From: Pirellulales bacterium
GTDB taxonomy: Bacteria; Planctomycetota; Planctomycetia; Pirellulales; Pirellulaceae
NCBI GenBank assembly: GCA_046349935.1
Contig: JAXMBK010000012.1
Span: forward strand, 77,556-141,555
Direction: 5' to 3'
DNA: 64,000 bases
Shown: positions 1 through 10,559 of the stretch, piece after piece
Layout of the letters: the number at the start of each line of letters is the position of its first letter
Position numbering within the stretch: position 1 is the stretch's first letter
Translations under genes and position numbers: made by a program
The notes under the pieces: generated by a model
Told to the model about the DNA's origin: nothing
The model's database searches: none
Seen by the model: only the letters and a program-made list of their open reading frames with translations

Positions 1-92
1 TCTTCAGGGCAATATATTCGGGTTTGATGAGTGCGGACCGCGCAAGGTTGGTCGCGGATTCGAAACGAGGTTAGGAAGGGGCAGCGTTTTCC

Positions 93-572
93 ATGTTCTT
101 TGTCAACGATACGGTCGTCCAGCGTCACAAAAAGATTCAGGCGTTTGTCGCGACGGAGCCGGTGATCGCTGTCTTACTAGGTGCGGCGGATTTTGAGTGG
201 ACCGTGCGACGCGCCATCATTGCCTTGGGCGAAAGTCCCAATATGGACATTCGTGAAAAGACACTGAATGGATGTCACGGACTAGATGCGTACAAGACTG
301 CATGGAAAAAAGAAATACAACCTCGTTACAAAAGCGCCCTGGCAGAAGTCATTCCACAATGGCAGTTTTTCAGAGAGCAGGCGTATCCTCTGCGACACAA
401 GATCATCCATGGAGTCATTGGGACCGTGGGAGCTGATTATGCTGGCGAGCGTATAGCTGCCATGCTCAACGCGAGTCGGGCGCTCTGCGAGTTTGCCGGG
501 CAGCACGACTGCGATCTTTACCAACGATTGAAGGTGAGGCGCCGCAAGGCGACATCGCAAGTCGCAATTTGA
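93..572 (+). CDS. hypothetical protein
   Basis: 159-aa ORF with no recognisable motif. Coding potential only. Confidence 0.35.
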   Translation: MFFVNDTVVQRHKKIQAFVATEPVIAVLLGAADFEWTVRRAIIALGESPNMDIREKTLNGCHGLDAYKTAWKKEIQPRYKSALAEVIPQWQFFREQAYPLRHKIIHGVIGTVGADYAGERIAAMLNASRALCEFAGQHDCDLYQRLKVRRRKATSQVAI

Positions 573-1000
573 CGACTCTTTGCGACCATAACCAAGATCA
601 CTGAGGTACGGAGACTTGTCGAGTCGCTCCGAGCAGCTAGACGTGCTGGATGAATAAGAACGAGAAACTTACCTGTCGGGGAACGCAGTTAGCAATCCAG
701 CCTCGAATCCGTCTGACTCGCTCGTTCGACTAACGCAGCCACCGCTATCTCGGTTGCGCTCTCTAAATCCAGGGAACCATCGGAGACGAGGAGAAGGAGT
801 TTTCAGTTGGCATCGGCCAGGCGGCCCAAGCCAAGCTCAAGTTTCAGACTGGCGACAACCTTTCCGGCTGGGCTGAACAAGTGGCAGATCCGAAGATGGA
901 TCCCGTCGAGTTCTGCAAGGCCCCCGGCTATCATGCCGTCCGACTTTGTGGCAGTCGTCCCACATTCGCTCCTTGGGTTTTCTTACACGAGGTGTCCACC

Positions 1001-2077
1001 ATGCCTTCCACGTTCCGAGTCGCCAGCTTCAATTGCGAGAACCTCTTCAGCCGGGCCAAGGTGCTCAACCTGGCCAATTCGCAGGTCGCCGCCGACGCTC
1101 TCACGAAAATCGACCAACTGAACAAGCTGCTCCACAAAGCGACCTATACCGCGGCCGACAAGCAGAAAATGGTGGCGTTGTACGCGGAAGTCGAGACCTA
1201 CGTCGCCATGCGGGAGAATCGCGGCAAAGTCTTCAACAAGGCCAAGACTCAGGTCGTCGCTCAGGGCGCGAGCGACTGGGACGGCGAATTGGAGTTCAAG
1301 CGGGCGAAATTCTCGGAAGTCACCCGGGAGAATACGGCCAAGGTGATCAAGGCGGTCAAGGCCGACGTCGCCTGTCTAGTCGAAGTCGAGGACCGGCCGG
1401 CGCTCGCGGCCTTCAACAGCGAATTACTCGATTCCCGGAAATTCAAGTTCCCCATGCTCATCGACGGGAACGATCCACGGGGGATCGACGTGGGCGTGCT
1501 CAGCAACTTCCCGATTCTGAGCCTCAAGACGCACATCTTCGATGGCTCGGGCAATTCCCGGACGTTCAGTCGCGACTGTCTTCGCGTGGAGATGGAGCTC
1601 CCCAATCAGAAACGTCTGCACCTGCTCTGCAACCACTTCAAGAGTAAGTCGGGCGGCGATGCGGCGTCCGATCCCCGACGCCGGCGTCAGGCCGAACGAG
1701 TCGCCGAGATTCTCCAAGAGTACGATCTGGATCAGGACTTGGTCATCGTAGCGGGCGACCTGAACGACACGCCGGACGCCACGAGTCCGCTACGCCCGTT
1801 GCTGGATGTGGCCGGGTTGCATGACGTGCTGGAACTCCAGTTCCCCCACGATGCCCCGGCTCGCTGGACGTACCACTTCCAAGGCGTGCAGCAGATCGAC
1901 TACCTGCTGGTTTCCAAGCCGCTCAAATCGGCATTCGTACAGGCCGGCGTCGAACGGCGCGGGATACACCGACTGAACGTCATCACGCAAGGACAGGAAG
2001 CTCAATTCGACACCGTCACCAGCGCCGCCAACGCGGCCTCGGATCACGGGGCGGTGTGGGCGGAGTTCTCGTTGTAA
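1001..2077 (+). CDS. endonuclease/exonuclease/phosphatase (EEP) family protein
   Basis: N-terminal motif VASFNCENLF plus conserved Asp/His-rich blocks (VAGDLNDTPD, SDHGAVWAEF) typical of the EEP fold. Start taken at the internal Met (MPSTFRV); the long ORF begins at 881. Confidence 0.7.
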   Translation: MPSTFRVASFNCENLFSRAKVLNLANSQVAADALTKIDQLNKLLHKATYTAADKQKMVALYAEVETYVAMRENRGKVFNKAKTQVVAQGASDWDGELEFKRAKFSEVTRENTAKVIKAVKADVACLVEVEDRPALAAFNSELLDSRKFKFPMLIDGNDPRGIDVGVLSNFPILSLKTHIFDGSGNSRTFSRDCLRVEMELPNQKRLHLLCNHFKSKSGGDAASDPRRRRQAERVAEILQEYDLDQDLVIVAGDLNDTPDATSPLRPLLDVAGLHDVLELQFPHDAPARWTYHFQGVQQIDYLLVSKPLKSAFVQAGVERRGIHRLNVITQGQEAQFDTVTSAANAASDHGAVWAEFSL

Positions 2078-2428
2078 ACGAAGGCAAGGCCCGTGCGACG
2101 TCTCCGCCGCGTCGCAACTCGCTGACAGGCGACCGTGAACGACCGTCACCGAATCGTCGAACTGGTGCAGCCGGTCGATCTGGTCGTCACGGCTGAAATC
2201 CAGCTGGCCGCTTAGGTCGTGGCCAAGCACGCTCAGGCGCTCGATACCCGCGGATATTTGTATACGGAAACAAATCTCCGCGAGCGGCTCTGCGTGCAAA
2301 ACCCGCTCGACGAATTTGCGCGGCGGCGGACACACGGGTGGCGGACCGGCGAACTTCGCAGCGAAGGACCTCCACGCGTTCGCGAATCAACTTGACCGCT
2401 GGCTCACGGCGACTAAGAAAGTGACTCC

Positions 2429-2908
2429 ATGACTTCGACTACTCGCTGGATCGGTCTCGTGTTCTTCCTCGTCGTCTGTCTCGGCGCCGGCGGTCTCGGG
2501 GCGCTTGCCACCACGCCTGAGATCGAGGGCTGGTACAAGACGCTCGCGAAGCCGTCTTGGAATCCGCCCGACTACGTGTTCGGTCCGGTCTGGACGACGC
2601 TCTACGTGCTGATGGCGGTTGCCGCCTGGCTGGTCTGGAAGCCGGCAGGTTTCAGAGCCGCGGCGATGCCCCTGGCTTTGTTCGGCGGGCAGGTGGTGCT
2701 CAACATCGCCTGGTCATTTATCTTCTTCGGCCTGCACCAGCCCGGCTGGGCATTTGTGGAGATCGTGATCTTGTGGCTGGCAATCGTGGCGACGACGGCG
2801 TCTTTTTTCCGCTGCTCGCAGATCGCCGGATGGCTGCTGGCGCCGTACCTGGCGTGGGTGAGCTTTGCAGCCTTGCTGAACATGGCGATTTGGCGAATAA
2901 ACGGCTGA
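2429..2908 (+). CDS. tspO: TspO/MBR (tryptophan-rich sensory protein) family membrane protein
   Basis: Five predicted TM helices. Trp-rich motifs ([40 protein letters not shown]) match the TspO/MBR family. Confidence 0.85.
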   Translation: MTSTTRWIGLVFFLVVCLGAGGLGALATTPEIEGWYKTLAKPSWNPPDYVFGPVWTTLYVLMAVAAWLVWKPAGFRAAAMPLALFGGQVVLNIAWSFIFFGLHQPGWAFVEIVILWLAIVATTASFFRCSQIAGWLLAPYLAWVSFAALLNMAIWRING

Positions 2909-2924
2909 GAGAGGGAGTCACAAC

Positions 2925-3881
2925 ATGTTCGACCTGATTGGCGACATCCACGGACACGCGGGCGAACTGACCTCGCTGCTGGAAATGCTCGGCTACGGTG
3001 TCCAACAGGGCATCTACCGACACCCGGAACGTACCGCCGTCTTTGTCGGTGATTTCATCGACCGGGGACCGCAGATTCGCGAGGTGCTCGGCATCGTCCG
3101 CCCCATGTGCGAGGCAGGCAGCGCGCTGGCGGTGATGGGAAATCATGAGCTCAACGCGTTAGCCTTCCACACGCCCGACACGGCGAATCCCGGCCAGTTT
3201 CTGCGCGAACACTCCCCGAAGAACGTCAAGCAGCACGCGGCTACCATGAAACAAGTCCCGGAGTCCGAACTGCGGGACCATCTGGAGTGGTTTTGTAGCC
3301 TCCCACTGTGGCTCGACCTCGGTGGACTTCGAGTTGTCCATGCCTGCTGGGATGAGCGAGCGATGAGCCAGATCGCCGGGGCTCATCAGAACCACGGAGG
3401 AGTCACGACCGAGTTCCTGCACTTGGCATGTCGCAATGGGGAACCGTTGTTCGCGCCCGTGGAGATTGTCCTCAAAGGGAAGGAAGGCCAGTTGCCGGAG
3501 GGAATGTCCTTCCGGGACAAGGACGGCCACGTTCGCACCGAGATACGCACCCGCTGGTACTTGCCCCCGGACGGCCACACGTACCGCACTTATGCCCTGC
3601 AGTCCGACGAGATCGCCTGCGACCTCGAACTCGACCCAACGGTGATCGACGCCGCGGCCCCGTATCCCGTAGCGGCCAAGCCAGTCTTCATCGGCCACTA
3701 TTGGCTGTCGGCCCAACGGCCCACCGTCTTGGCGGACAATGTGGCGTGCCTGGATTTCAGCGTGGCCAAAGGTGGATTCCTCTGCGCCTACCGCTGGAAC
3801 GGCGAGCAGAAGTTGAGCAACGAGAACTTCGTATGGGTGAAGAGACGACACTCAGGGATGGACACGTCGTCGCCCGTCTAA
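2925..3881 (+). CDS. metallophosphoesterase (ApaH/PPP-like phosphatase)
   Basis: Calcineurin-like phosphoesterase motifs DIHGH, GDFIDRGP and GNHE in the expected order. Confidence 0.75.
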   Translation: MFDLIGDIHGHAGELTSLLEMLGYGVQQGIYRHPERTAVFVGDFIDRGPQIREVLGIVRPMCEAGSALAVMGNHELNALAFHTPDTANPGQFLREHSPKNVKQHAATMKQVPESELRDHLEWFCSLPLWLDLGGLRVVHACWDERAMSQIAGAHQNHGGVTTEFLHLACRNGEPLFAPVEIVLKGKEGQLPEGMSFRDKDGHVRTEIRTRWYLPPDGHTYRTYALQSDEIACDLELDPTVIDAAAPYPVAAKPVFIGHYWLSAQRPTVLADNVACLDFSVAKGGFLCAYRWNGEQKLSNENFVWVKRRHSGMDTSSPV

Positions 3882-4360
3882 TCGTGCTCTGCATGGCCGT
3901 TCACGAGATCCGTGCTGGCCCTCACTCGGCGCTAGCCAGAGCGTCATCGGCCGGATTTCTACCAGTCTGATGCGATGATTCTGCACGTCGACAAAGGATG
4001 CCGCAAACCAATGCCCAAGTCCCGTCGCGGTAACGACGGACAAATGTCCCACGAGAGCCCCGTCTGCTAGCCTGCACGACTGAGAAGGAACTTACTCCGA
4101 GCCTTCGCGAATGCCGACAGGGCATATGAAAAGGATGTTTCGCGTGGTCCGCGATCGCGAACACTGATGCCAGATCATCATGGGCCGAACACTCGAACTC
4201 GACGCCGGAACGAGCGAGGAACCGGCCGCTCGCGCCCCGCTGCCGGACGAAATGGCGCGACAACTGAGGTTCGAGCTGTCGCGATAGGTGCAAAAGCGAT
4301 CAATTCGCGTGCGGGACGAAACAAACCAGCCAAACTGCCGCAAATCAACCACGCAGCCGG

Positions 4361-4999
4361 TCAGCGCACAAAGTACGAAGCGAGTGCTTCCGCCGCCGGT
4401 TGCCAGAACGTGGCTCGGGACGGATGAGGAATCGGGATGACGCGTGTCATCGCAGCGCCGCCAGGAAGCTGCATGTCGCGTGGCGTGAGCGACTCGAACC
4501 TAGCGTGCGGTGCGTGGGGATAGCAGAGGCCGGCGGCATACTTGCCGACGAGTACTACGTTGGCGGGAACGACGGCGGCGATCAGTTCGTGCAGAATCTG
4601 ATCCATGCTCGCTTGGCACGCCGCGAATTGCGGGTCGCGAATAATTTCCTGGATACCGGTCGGCCCCGTCTGCACGGCGCAACGGTTCATTCCTATCCAC
4701 GTTTCGTCGATACGGATTCCCGCTCGACGGCATACTTCTAAGAGCCCACGTGCGAACTTGTGATCGTGGAAGAGAAACGTGCTCTGTTTCGGCAATCTCG
4801 CCGCAAGTTCGTCAGCGATCTGGTCAGCCGCGATTCCCCCGCCGTCGACGAAATCGCTGTGGTTCGTCCCAATCACGAGCGCCGTGGGGCGGGCGAACAC
4901 GGGCGTGCAGAACGGAATGATGCGATGGCTCCTGGAGAACGGCTCCCACGCCGCTCGCATGGCGTTGAAGAACGACTGCGGATCAAATTCATCCGACAT
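4361..4999 (-). CDS. hypothetical protein, possible uracil-DNA-glycosylase-superfamily fold
   Basis: 212 aa. VIGTNHSD near the N-terminus and IPHPSRATF near the C-terminus resemble UDG-superfamily motifs A and B. Weak evidence. Confidence 0.35.
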   Translation of the reverse strand: MSDEFDPQSFFNAMRAAWEPFSRSHRIIPFCTPVFARPTALVIGTNHSDFVDGGGIAADQIADELAARLPKQSTFLFHDHKFARGLLEVCRRAGIRIDETWIGMNRCAVQTGPTGIQEIIRDPQFAACQASMDQILHELIAAVVPANVVLVGKYAAGLCYPHAPHARFESLTPRDMQLPGGAAMTRVIPIPHPSRATFWQPAAEALASYFVR

Positions 5000-5019
5000 G
5001 GCTCAGGCTCCAGGCTCCA

Positions 5020-5778
5020 TTACTCGCTCGGCGCGGAATCGTTTGACTCGTGAACTCTCAGTAGAAGATTATCCAGTTGGCGAGGGCTGAGGGCGAGTTG
5101 GAGTTTCGAGTCACAGTGTTTTCGTAGGGCTTCGCAGCGTTCGACAAACCGGCCGTATTCTGGATCGCCATTCGTTTCATGCTTGGGGGAGCGAGGGAGT
5201 TCGTCGTTGAGCTTTCGCAACGCCGCCGTTGCTCGCGCGTCGAAGATACAGAAGAGTCGTGGGACGTGAAAATGCAGGTACTTAGACGCCAGCGAGCGGT
5301 TTTCGAGCCCGGAAATCTGCTGGAACAGTTTCATGGTTCGGTCATGCACTTTCACCAGAGTTTCGATGCCCCGAGGCGTACCCGGTTCCGACGCACGCGC
5401 TTCCGACAGCCATTCGTCGAGGTCGGACGTCAGCACCGTCGGCACCACTCTTTGAAGATAGAACCGATCGCCCTTCAAGTCATCTCCGCCCTTACGCCGC
5501 TCAATCGACGCGGCATAGGTCCGCCCGATGAGCAGGATCTTGGCGATGACGGCTTGCTCTTCCGTATGGCCCGGGTGTTCGCGACACAAGTCGTACAAGA
5601 CCTGATTGCCAAGGTCCCATGGGGTTGGGGCCATCGCTTTGGTGACGAGTGCGGCATCCAACAGGCTATTATTTTTCACGACACTCCTCTCATTTGAATT
5701 TCCGTCCGTTGGGCCTGACCGCCGCGGCCGAGTTCTCTTCGGATCATGACTAGCACAAGTGACGCCAGCTGTCTCCAA
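5020..5778 (-). CDS. hypothetical protein
   Basis: 252-aa ORF on the same strand as 4361..4999, 20 bp upstream of it, so a possible two-gene operon. No recognisable domain. Confidence 0.4.
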   Translation of the reverse strand: METAGVTCASHDPKRTRPRRSGPTDGNSNERSVVKNNSLLDAALVTKAMAPTPWDLGNQVLYDLCREHPGHTEEQAVIAKILLIGRTYAASIERRKGGDDLKGDRFYLQRVVPTVLTSDLDEWLSEARASEPGTPRGIETLVKVHDRTMKLFQQISGLENRSLASKYLHFHVPRLFCIFDARATAALRKLNDELPRSPKHETNGDPEYGRFVERCEALRKHCDSKLQLALSPRQLDNLLLRVHESNDSAPSE

Positions 5779-5801
5779 CGCATGGATCCCGCTTCAGCCT
5801 T

Positions 5802-6677
5802 GTGGCGAGCGGTAGGTTCGACTCGAGTAGAACCTCACGTCGCGACACGATACAACATTGCACGCTGGCGATTCGCCTTTTCGACCCAACGCGTGTTGTG
5901 GCGGCCTGGCTTTCCCGACACCTCAACTTGGAGCACCCCGTGCGCATCGTATCCTGGAACATTCTTCAAGGCGGTGGTTCGCGTTCCCAACAGATCATTG
6001 AGCAGCTCAAAGCCTGGAGTCCAGATATCGTCGGCCTGTGTGAATTCCGCGGCGGCAAGGCCAGCAAGTCGATTGCGGACGCACTTCAGGAAATGGGGTT
6101 GGTGAACCAGCATGCCACCACCAACCCCGATCGCGCTATTGATGACCGTCTGATGATCGCGTCGAGATTTCCGATCCAAGTGCAAAAATCCCCGGGCGTC
6201 TTGGGCTCCACAGGACGCTGGATTCATGCCAAGGTCGACGCTCGCCGCACTTTTGATCTCGTGCTGATGTGGGTTCCCAATCGCAGGGAAGCGTGCACCC
6301 AACCGGTCTTCCATCGGCATGTGTTGGACGCACTGGCCCCGTACAGCGGCAAGCCAGTCTTGGCGATGGGCGACACGAACACAGGCGTTCCTGGCGTCGA
6401 TGAAGACTCCAACTACTTCAAGGAAGCGGAAGGGCAATGACTCCAAGATCTGCAAGCCTCCGGTTGGAGCGACGTCTGGCGGCAGCGGAATCCCAAGCGA
6501 CGCGAATTCACGTGGCGGAATAGCCGTGGGAAAAGTTTCCGAATCGACCAATTGTTTGCGACGCGCAAAATGATCGACCGAGTGGAGAGCGTGAAGTACG
6601 ACTGGGGAAAACCCCCGATGGGAAAACACAAGGGGCCCAGCGACCACGCGGCCATCGTGGCTGATGTAGCCGACTGA
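5802..6677 (+). pseudogene. ExoIII-like EEP family nuclease interrupted by an in-frame TGA at 6438..6440
   Basis: N-terminal part 5802..6440 (VRIVSWNILQGG, GLCEF). The C-terminal part 6441..6677 (GWSDVWRQRNP, REFTWRNSRGKSFRIDQLF, SDHAAIVADV) continues in the same frame after the TGA. The stop aligns with the conserved Trp of the ExoIII EREW block. Confidence 0.55.
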
Positions 6678-8304
6678 GCCAATGATTCTGCGGGAAGCAC
6701 AATAACCCCCGGTTTTCGGACCAGGGGGGAAGGGCAATACAGGTGGATCCGTAGTACCACGACGGACATTTGTCCCACGAGGCAGAACTGCGGCTCGAAA
6801 GGCAGCATTTCCGCGTCGAAAGGAGCCAAGGCGTCGCCATGCTCGCCGTCGCACATGAAAATCACACCCGTCAGCAGGCAACTTGACTCTGCATCGAGAC
6901 CATCGCAGGTGGAATTCTGACGGATGCCGTCGACGCGGGAGGCTTGCGTCATCCCACCGTGTCTTGGCCTGCGAATTCTCGACGAACTCGACGGCGAATT
7001 ACCCAGCGATTGCTCGACGGCCTTTCGGCGGCTGAATCGTTGCCGCGACAGCGACCAAGCGGCGGCTTCCTTGCTATGGGCGATACGCGCGAGGCACGTC
7101 ACGAATTGCCGATTGAGAGCTCACTCCAAGTCGCGGGGGTGCCATCGAGAGCGATGAAGTCATCGGCTAGGTCTGCGGCTCCATCCGCCCTCATCTGGCA
7201 GCGTGAACTCCCGACCAAGCGGCGATAATTCACGCGACTCGTCCACTGGAAGACGTTTTTGCCGGACACGAGCTCCCTGCCTCAAGGCCGAGAGTCGCAA
7301 TTCGGTACGATTATTCGCGATCAGTCGGTTCAGCCACTTTTCCATTGCCACTTCGCAAAGAGACGTTTTCCCATTCCGCAGCGGGCCTCCGTCAATGGAA
7401 AATCGCTCGACGATCAGCTGTCGACGTCCTCAGCCAAAGCTTGCTCGGCACACGGTACACCCGTACCTTGGCGAGCGTCAGTCAACCACAGACCGAGACA
7501 GGCGAGCTCAGAAGAGCACTCCCAACCGTTTCCTTCCTTGCAGCGATTCTCGCATGGGCGACGGTCTCACCCGCCGTCGAAACACTGAGTCAGCAACGCA
7601 CAGGAATCCTCGCCGCTTTGGCTCCGGTACGCTGACGAACCGCTCCGATGGCTCGACCACTCGAAGGCAGAAAGTCGGCAGCGGCTCTCTCACGACCGAG
7701 CGGGATCAAAACGGCAAGATGATCACCGGCACGACTCAACCGCTTGGCAGCGGCACCTTCTCGACCGACAAGCCCGGCGGGAGTTCCTCCCAATCGAGTA
7801 AGGCGGTGACGAGATAATTCGAGCGAACATCCAACAGCCTCCCGCCTGTACCGGCATTTTGAGCCTCCCCTACATCGCCGAGTTTTGCAGCTTGTTTCTC
7901 GTTTCTCAATCATCCGTTGACGAGTGGCGGAGTTTCACCAACGAATTCCGCAAGTCACGTGCTCGCTCTCTCCGACCTGTCAGTTACGCGTATTTCGATG
8001 CCAGGTTGGACAAATGTCCGACATACGAATCTCTTGCCAGCGCCTCTATGTACGAGTGTCGCTATCCAGGCTTCTTTTTCTGGCAAGATCGCGACGAGCT
8101 TCGCCGCAGCGTTTGTTTACGACCGGACTCAACGCTTCCGATCGCTAAGTATTGAAGTGATATGTTCAGATCCCATGCTCGAACATGGGCGCGAGGGTAA
8201 TCACCGAGAATCTGTTGGCTCGCACTTCTATCGGCGGTCGCTCCGCCTTCCGCTACGGCGTATCGGGGCCCGGGCTCCGCCCTCTCCGGCCCCGAACGCC
8301 TCCG

Positions 8305-10356
8305 CTACTCGCTCGACTGAACTGCGGCAACGCGGAAGCCCAGGCCGTAGTTCCGGCTTGACGGGTCGACCCTGTCGCGAAGCGCCGACCGGCAGTAGCT
8401 GGGCCTGCTGCCCCAGCTCCCGCCTCGGAAGACCCGGTGCGAGCCCTCGGACGGGCCGATGGGGTCTGCCTTAAGCGATGACTCGTAACTGTCGTACCAG
8501 TCTGAGCACCATTCGTTGACATTCCCATGCATGTCGTAGAGTCCCCAGGCATTCGGAACGTAACTTCCAACGCGCGTGGTGCGTGCAAGGTATTTACCTT
8601 TGGTGCTCGTGCCGTACGGAGTGTTGCCATCGCAATTCGCTCGATCCCCGTTCAAGACGCTGCCGAAGTGGAAGGGCGTCGTCGTCCCGGCTCGACATGC
8701 ATACTCCCATTCGGCTTCCGTCGGCAGTCGATACCGAAGGCCTTTCGCCCGTTCCGCGGGCAAGGCAGATAAACGGCGACAAAACTCGACAGCCTCTTCC
8801 CAACTCACCGACTCTACCGGAAAGCGACTTGTGTCTAGTCCCGCTACGTCATCCTTTCCCTCACCGTCCGGACTGAAGTCACTCGGGTTCTTCCCCATGA
8901 CGCGCAGGTACTCTTCCTGCGTCACCTCGTACTGGCCCAAATAGTAGCCCTGGGTGATTCGTATTTGATGTCGAGTCTCGTTGTCAAAACGCTCCGCTTC
9001 CTCTTCCGGCGACCCCATCCAGAATTCACCCGCCGGGATGTACGCCAACTTCATACCCACGTTGTTGACGGTGATTGCCCCGGGTTGCGGTCGGCCGTGG
9101 TTCGCCCGCCGATCCAACTCTCCACGCACATACGGCACAAACAACGCTACTCGCGCCTTCCCATTCACAAAGTCGCGAGTCGCCGCCAACAGCTCCTGAT
9201 CGGCGTCCTGACGCGGATCGAGCCGCAATAAGATCTCCGCCAGTTGGGACTGCAGTTCGCTCGTGAAGGCACCCGTCGTCGGTTGGCGACGCACACTTGC
9301 CACCAGCGCCGCTAAGTCACCGGCCTTCTTCGCCAGCGGCAATTCACGAGCCGCTTCCGGTCCTTGGTACGACGGCGACTGTTTCTTCTCCGGGTCGCCC
9401 GGGCGACGACGACGATTCTGATCTTCGGTCCACCTCCGCACCGATCGTTCCACGTACCCGGCCACCGAGCTCAAACGCACCACATTCTGATCGTCCGCCG
9501 ACGCGCCGCCCCGTAGGGCCTCGAGCAGCGCGTACGTAAAAACTCCATGCCCAGAACCGCCTAGTTCCGAATGTTCGTAACTGAATTCTCCCACGTCGCA
9601 CGATACTAACTTCGACTGCCCCGTCGGCTTCTTCAGAAGCTCCAGAAAATCGGCCGTCATCGCCCGTCCGCTCGCAATCCGGCTAGAGCGAGCGCCATCC
9701 GACAACCGTTCCTGGCACGCGTCGACCAGCAGCAGCCGATGGCCGGCCTGCGACGCGTTCATCTGCTCTTCCACCGACGACAAGCGGATGGCCGTATCCT
9801 CCAGGAACGTGCGCAATCCGTCGCTCGGCATCACATATCCCACGCGTTTATCCGTGAAGCCATGGGAACTGAATGACACGACCAGCAGGCCCGACTTGGG
9901 CTGAACACCCTGACGCGTCCGCACGAACGATCGCAGAATTGTGCTCTTCTCCGCCCCAACGACCTGTACGCCGAGTTGCTTCAATTCCGCCAGGTGACGC
10001 GTCACGCGTTCGCCCGACGGTTCGCCCGAAATCGCCAAGTAACACTGACGCGCGGGCAGCAGCTTCAATTCGGCGACGAACAAGTGACACTGTTCGACGG
10101 CGTCATTGACTGCGAACCGCAGCGGTTGCATATCGGGATCGGCCGTGAATTGGTTCACCCCAACGAACAACCCACCGTTCCCTGACGACGCGACATCTGA
10201 CAGCGGCGCAAACAGCGAAGCTCCACCGCTGGCTGCGCCCTCGACGACCAGACTGCGCCCCGCCGCGGCCGTTCCGTTCGATGCGTCTTGCGCCCAGCTC
10301 AGCGAAGCGCCCAGGACTACCAACAAGCACCACGTCGAAGAAATTGACCGTCTCAA
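8305..10356 (-). CDS. secreted caspase-like (peptidase C14) protein with C-terminal FGE-sulfatase/C-type-lectin-fold domain; remote DGR target
   Basis: Signal peptide. Caspase His/Cys dyad context (SFSSHGF, LLLVDACQ). C-terminal FGE-family motifs (GSPEEE, VTQEEY, SWEEAVEFCRRLS, RLPTEAEWEYACRAG, GLYDMHGNVNEWCSDWY, RGGSW). The 3' end carries VR1. Confidence 0.85.
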   Translation of the reverse strand: MRRSISSTWCLLVVLGASLSWAQDASNGTAAAGRSLVVEGAASGGASLFAPLSDVASSGNGGLFVGVNQFTADPDMQPLRFAVNDAVEQCHLFVAELKLLPARQCYLAISGEPSGERVTRHLAELKQLGVQVVGAEKSTILRSFVRTRQGVQPKSGLLVVSFSSHGFTDKRVGYVMPSDGLRTFLEDTAIRLSSVEEQMNASQAGHRLLLVDACQERLSDGARSSRIASGRAMTADFLELLKKPTGQSKLVSCDVGEFSYEHSELGGSGHGVFTYALLEALRGGASADDQNVVRLSSVAGYVERSVRRWTEDQNRRRRPGDPEKKQSPSYQGPEAARELPLAKKAGDLAALVASVRRQPTTGAFTSELQSQLAEILLRLDPRQDADQELLAATRDFVNGKARVALFVPYVRGELDRRANHGRPQPGAITVNNVGMKLAYIPAGEFWMGSPEEEAERFDNETRHQIRITQGYYLGQYEVTQEEYLRVMGKNPSDFSPDGEGKDDVAGLDTSRFPVESVSWEEAVEFCRRLSALPAERAKGLRYRLPTEAEWEYACRAGTTTPFHFGSVLNGDRANCDGNTPYGTSTKGKYLARTTRVGSYVPNAWGLYDMHGNVNEWCSDWYDSYESSLKADPIGPSEGSHRVFRGGSWGSRPSYCRSALRDRVDPSSRNYGLGFRVAAVQSSE
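8314..8451 (-). repeat. DGR variable repeat VR1 (remote)
   Basis: ~138 bp matching TR 23253..23391. About 17 mismatches lie at TR adenines (coding strand) and about 6 elsewhere. Covers the RGGSWGS...LGFRVAAV region. Confidence 0.75.
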
Positions 10357-10559
10357 GGAATAACTCCGAGGGAATCGCCTTCAGCCTGTCTCGCGCCTCT
10401 GTCATATGACGCCCATCATCCGGGAGCGACGGCCGTCGTGCAAATTGCGCCCGTTGATTTTTAGCGCGATACGACAGCCTTGCAACACACCCACTTCGGG
10501 GTATTATCTTACGTCCTCGAAGGGTGCAGTTCCGGGACAACACTTCGTCCAGGTGAATT

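Noticed and set aside
5835-6881. Long minus-strand ORF (348 aa) overlapping the EEP gene; similar cases at 14104..15915, 16234..17076 and 21712..22575
   Set aside because: Typical long shadow ORFs of high-GC DNA. They lie antisense to genes with clear domain content and have no motifs of their own.
8253-8630. ORFs 8253..8630, 23168..23434 and 24706..25197 encoding similar Gly/Ala/Thr/Arg-rich peptides (RTGSSGAGAG...WASVLPQ)
   Set aside because: They are alternative-frame readings of the DGR repeats (VR1, TR, VR2). Their similarity comes from the repeat DNA, not from a protein family.
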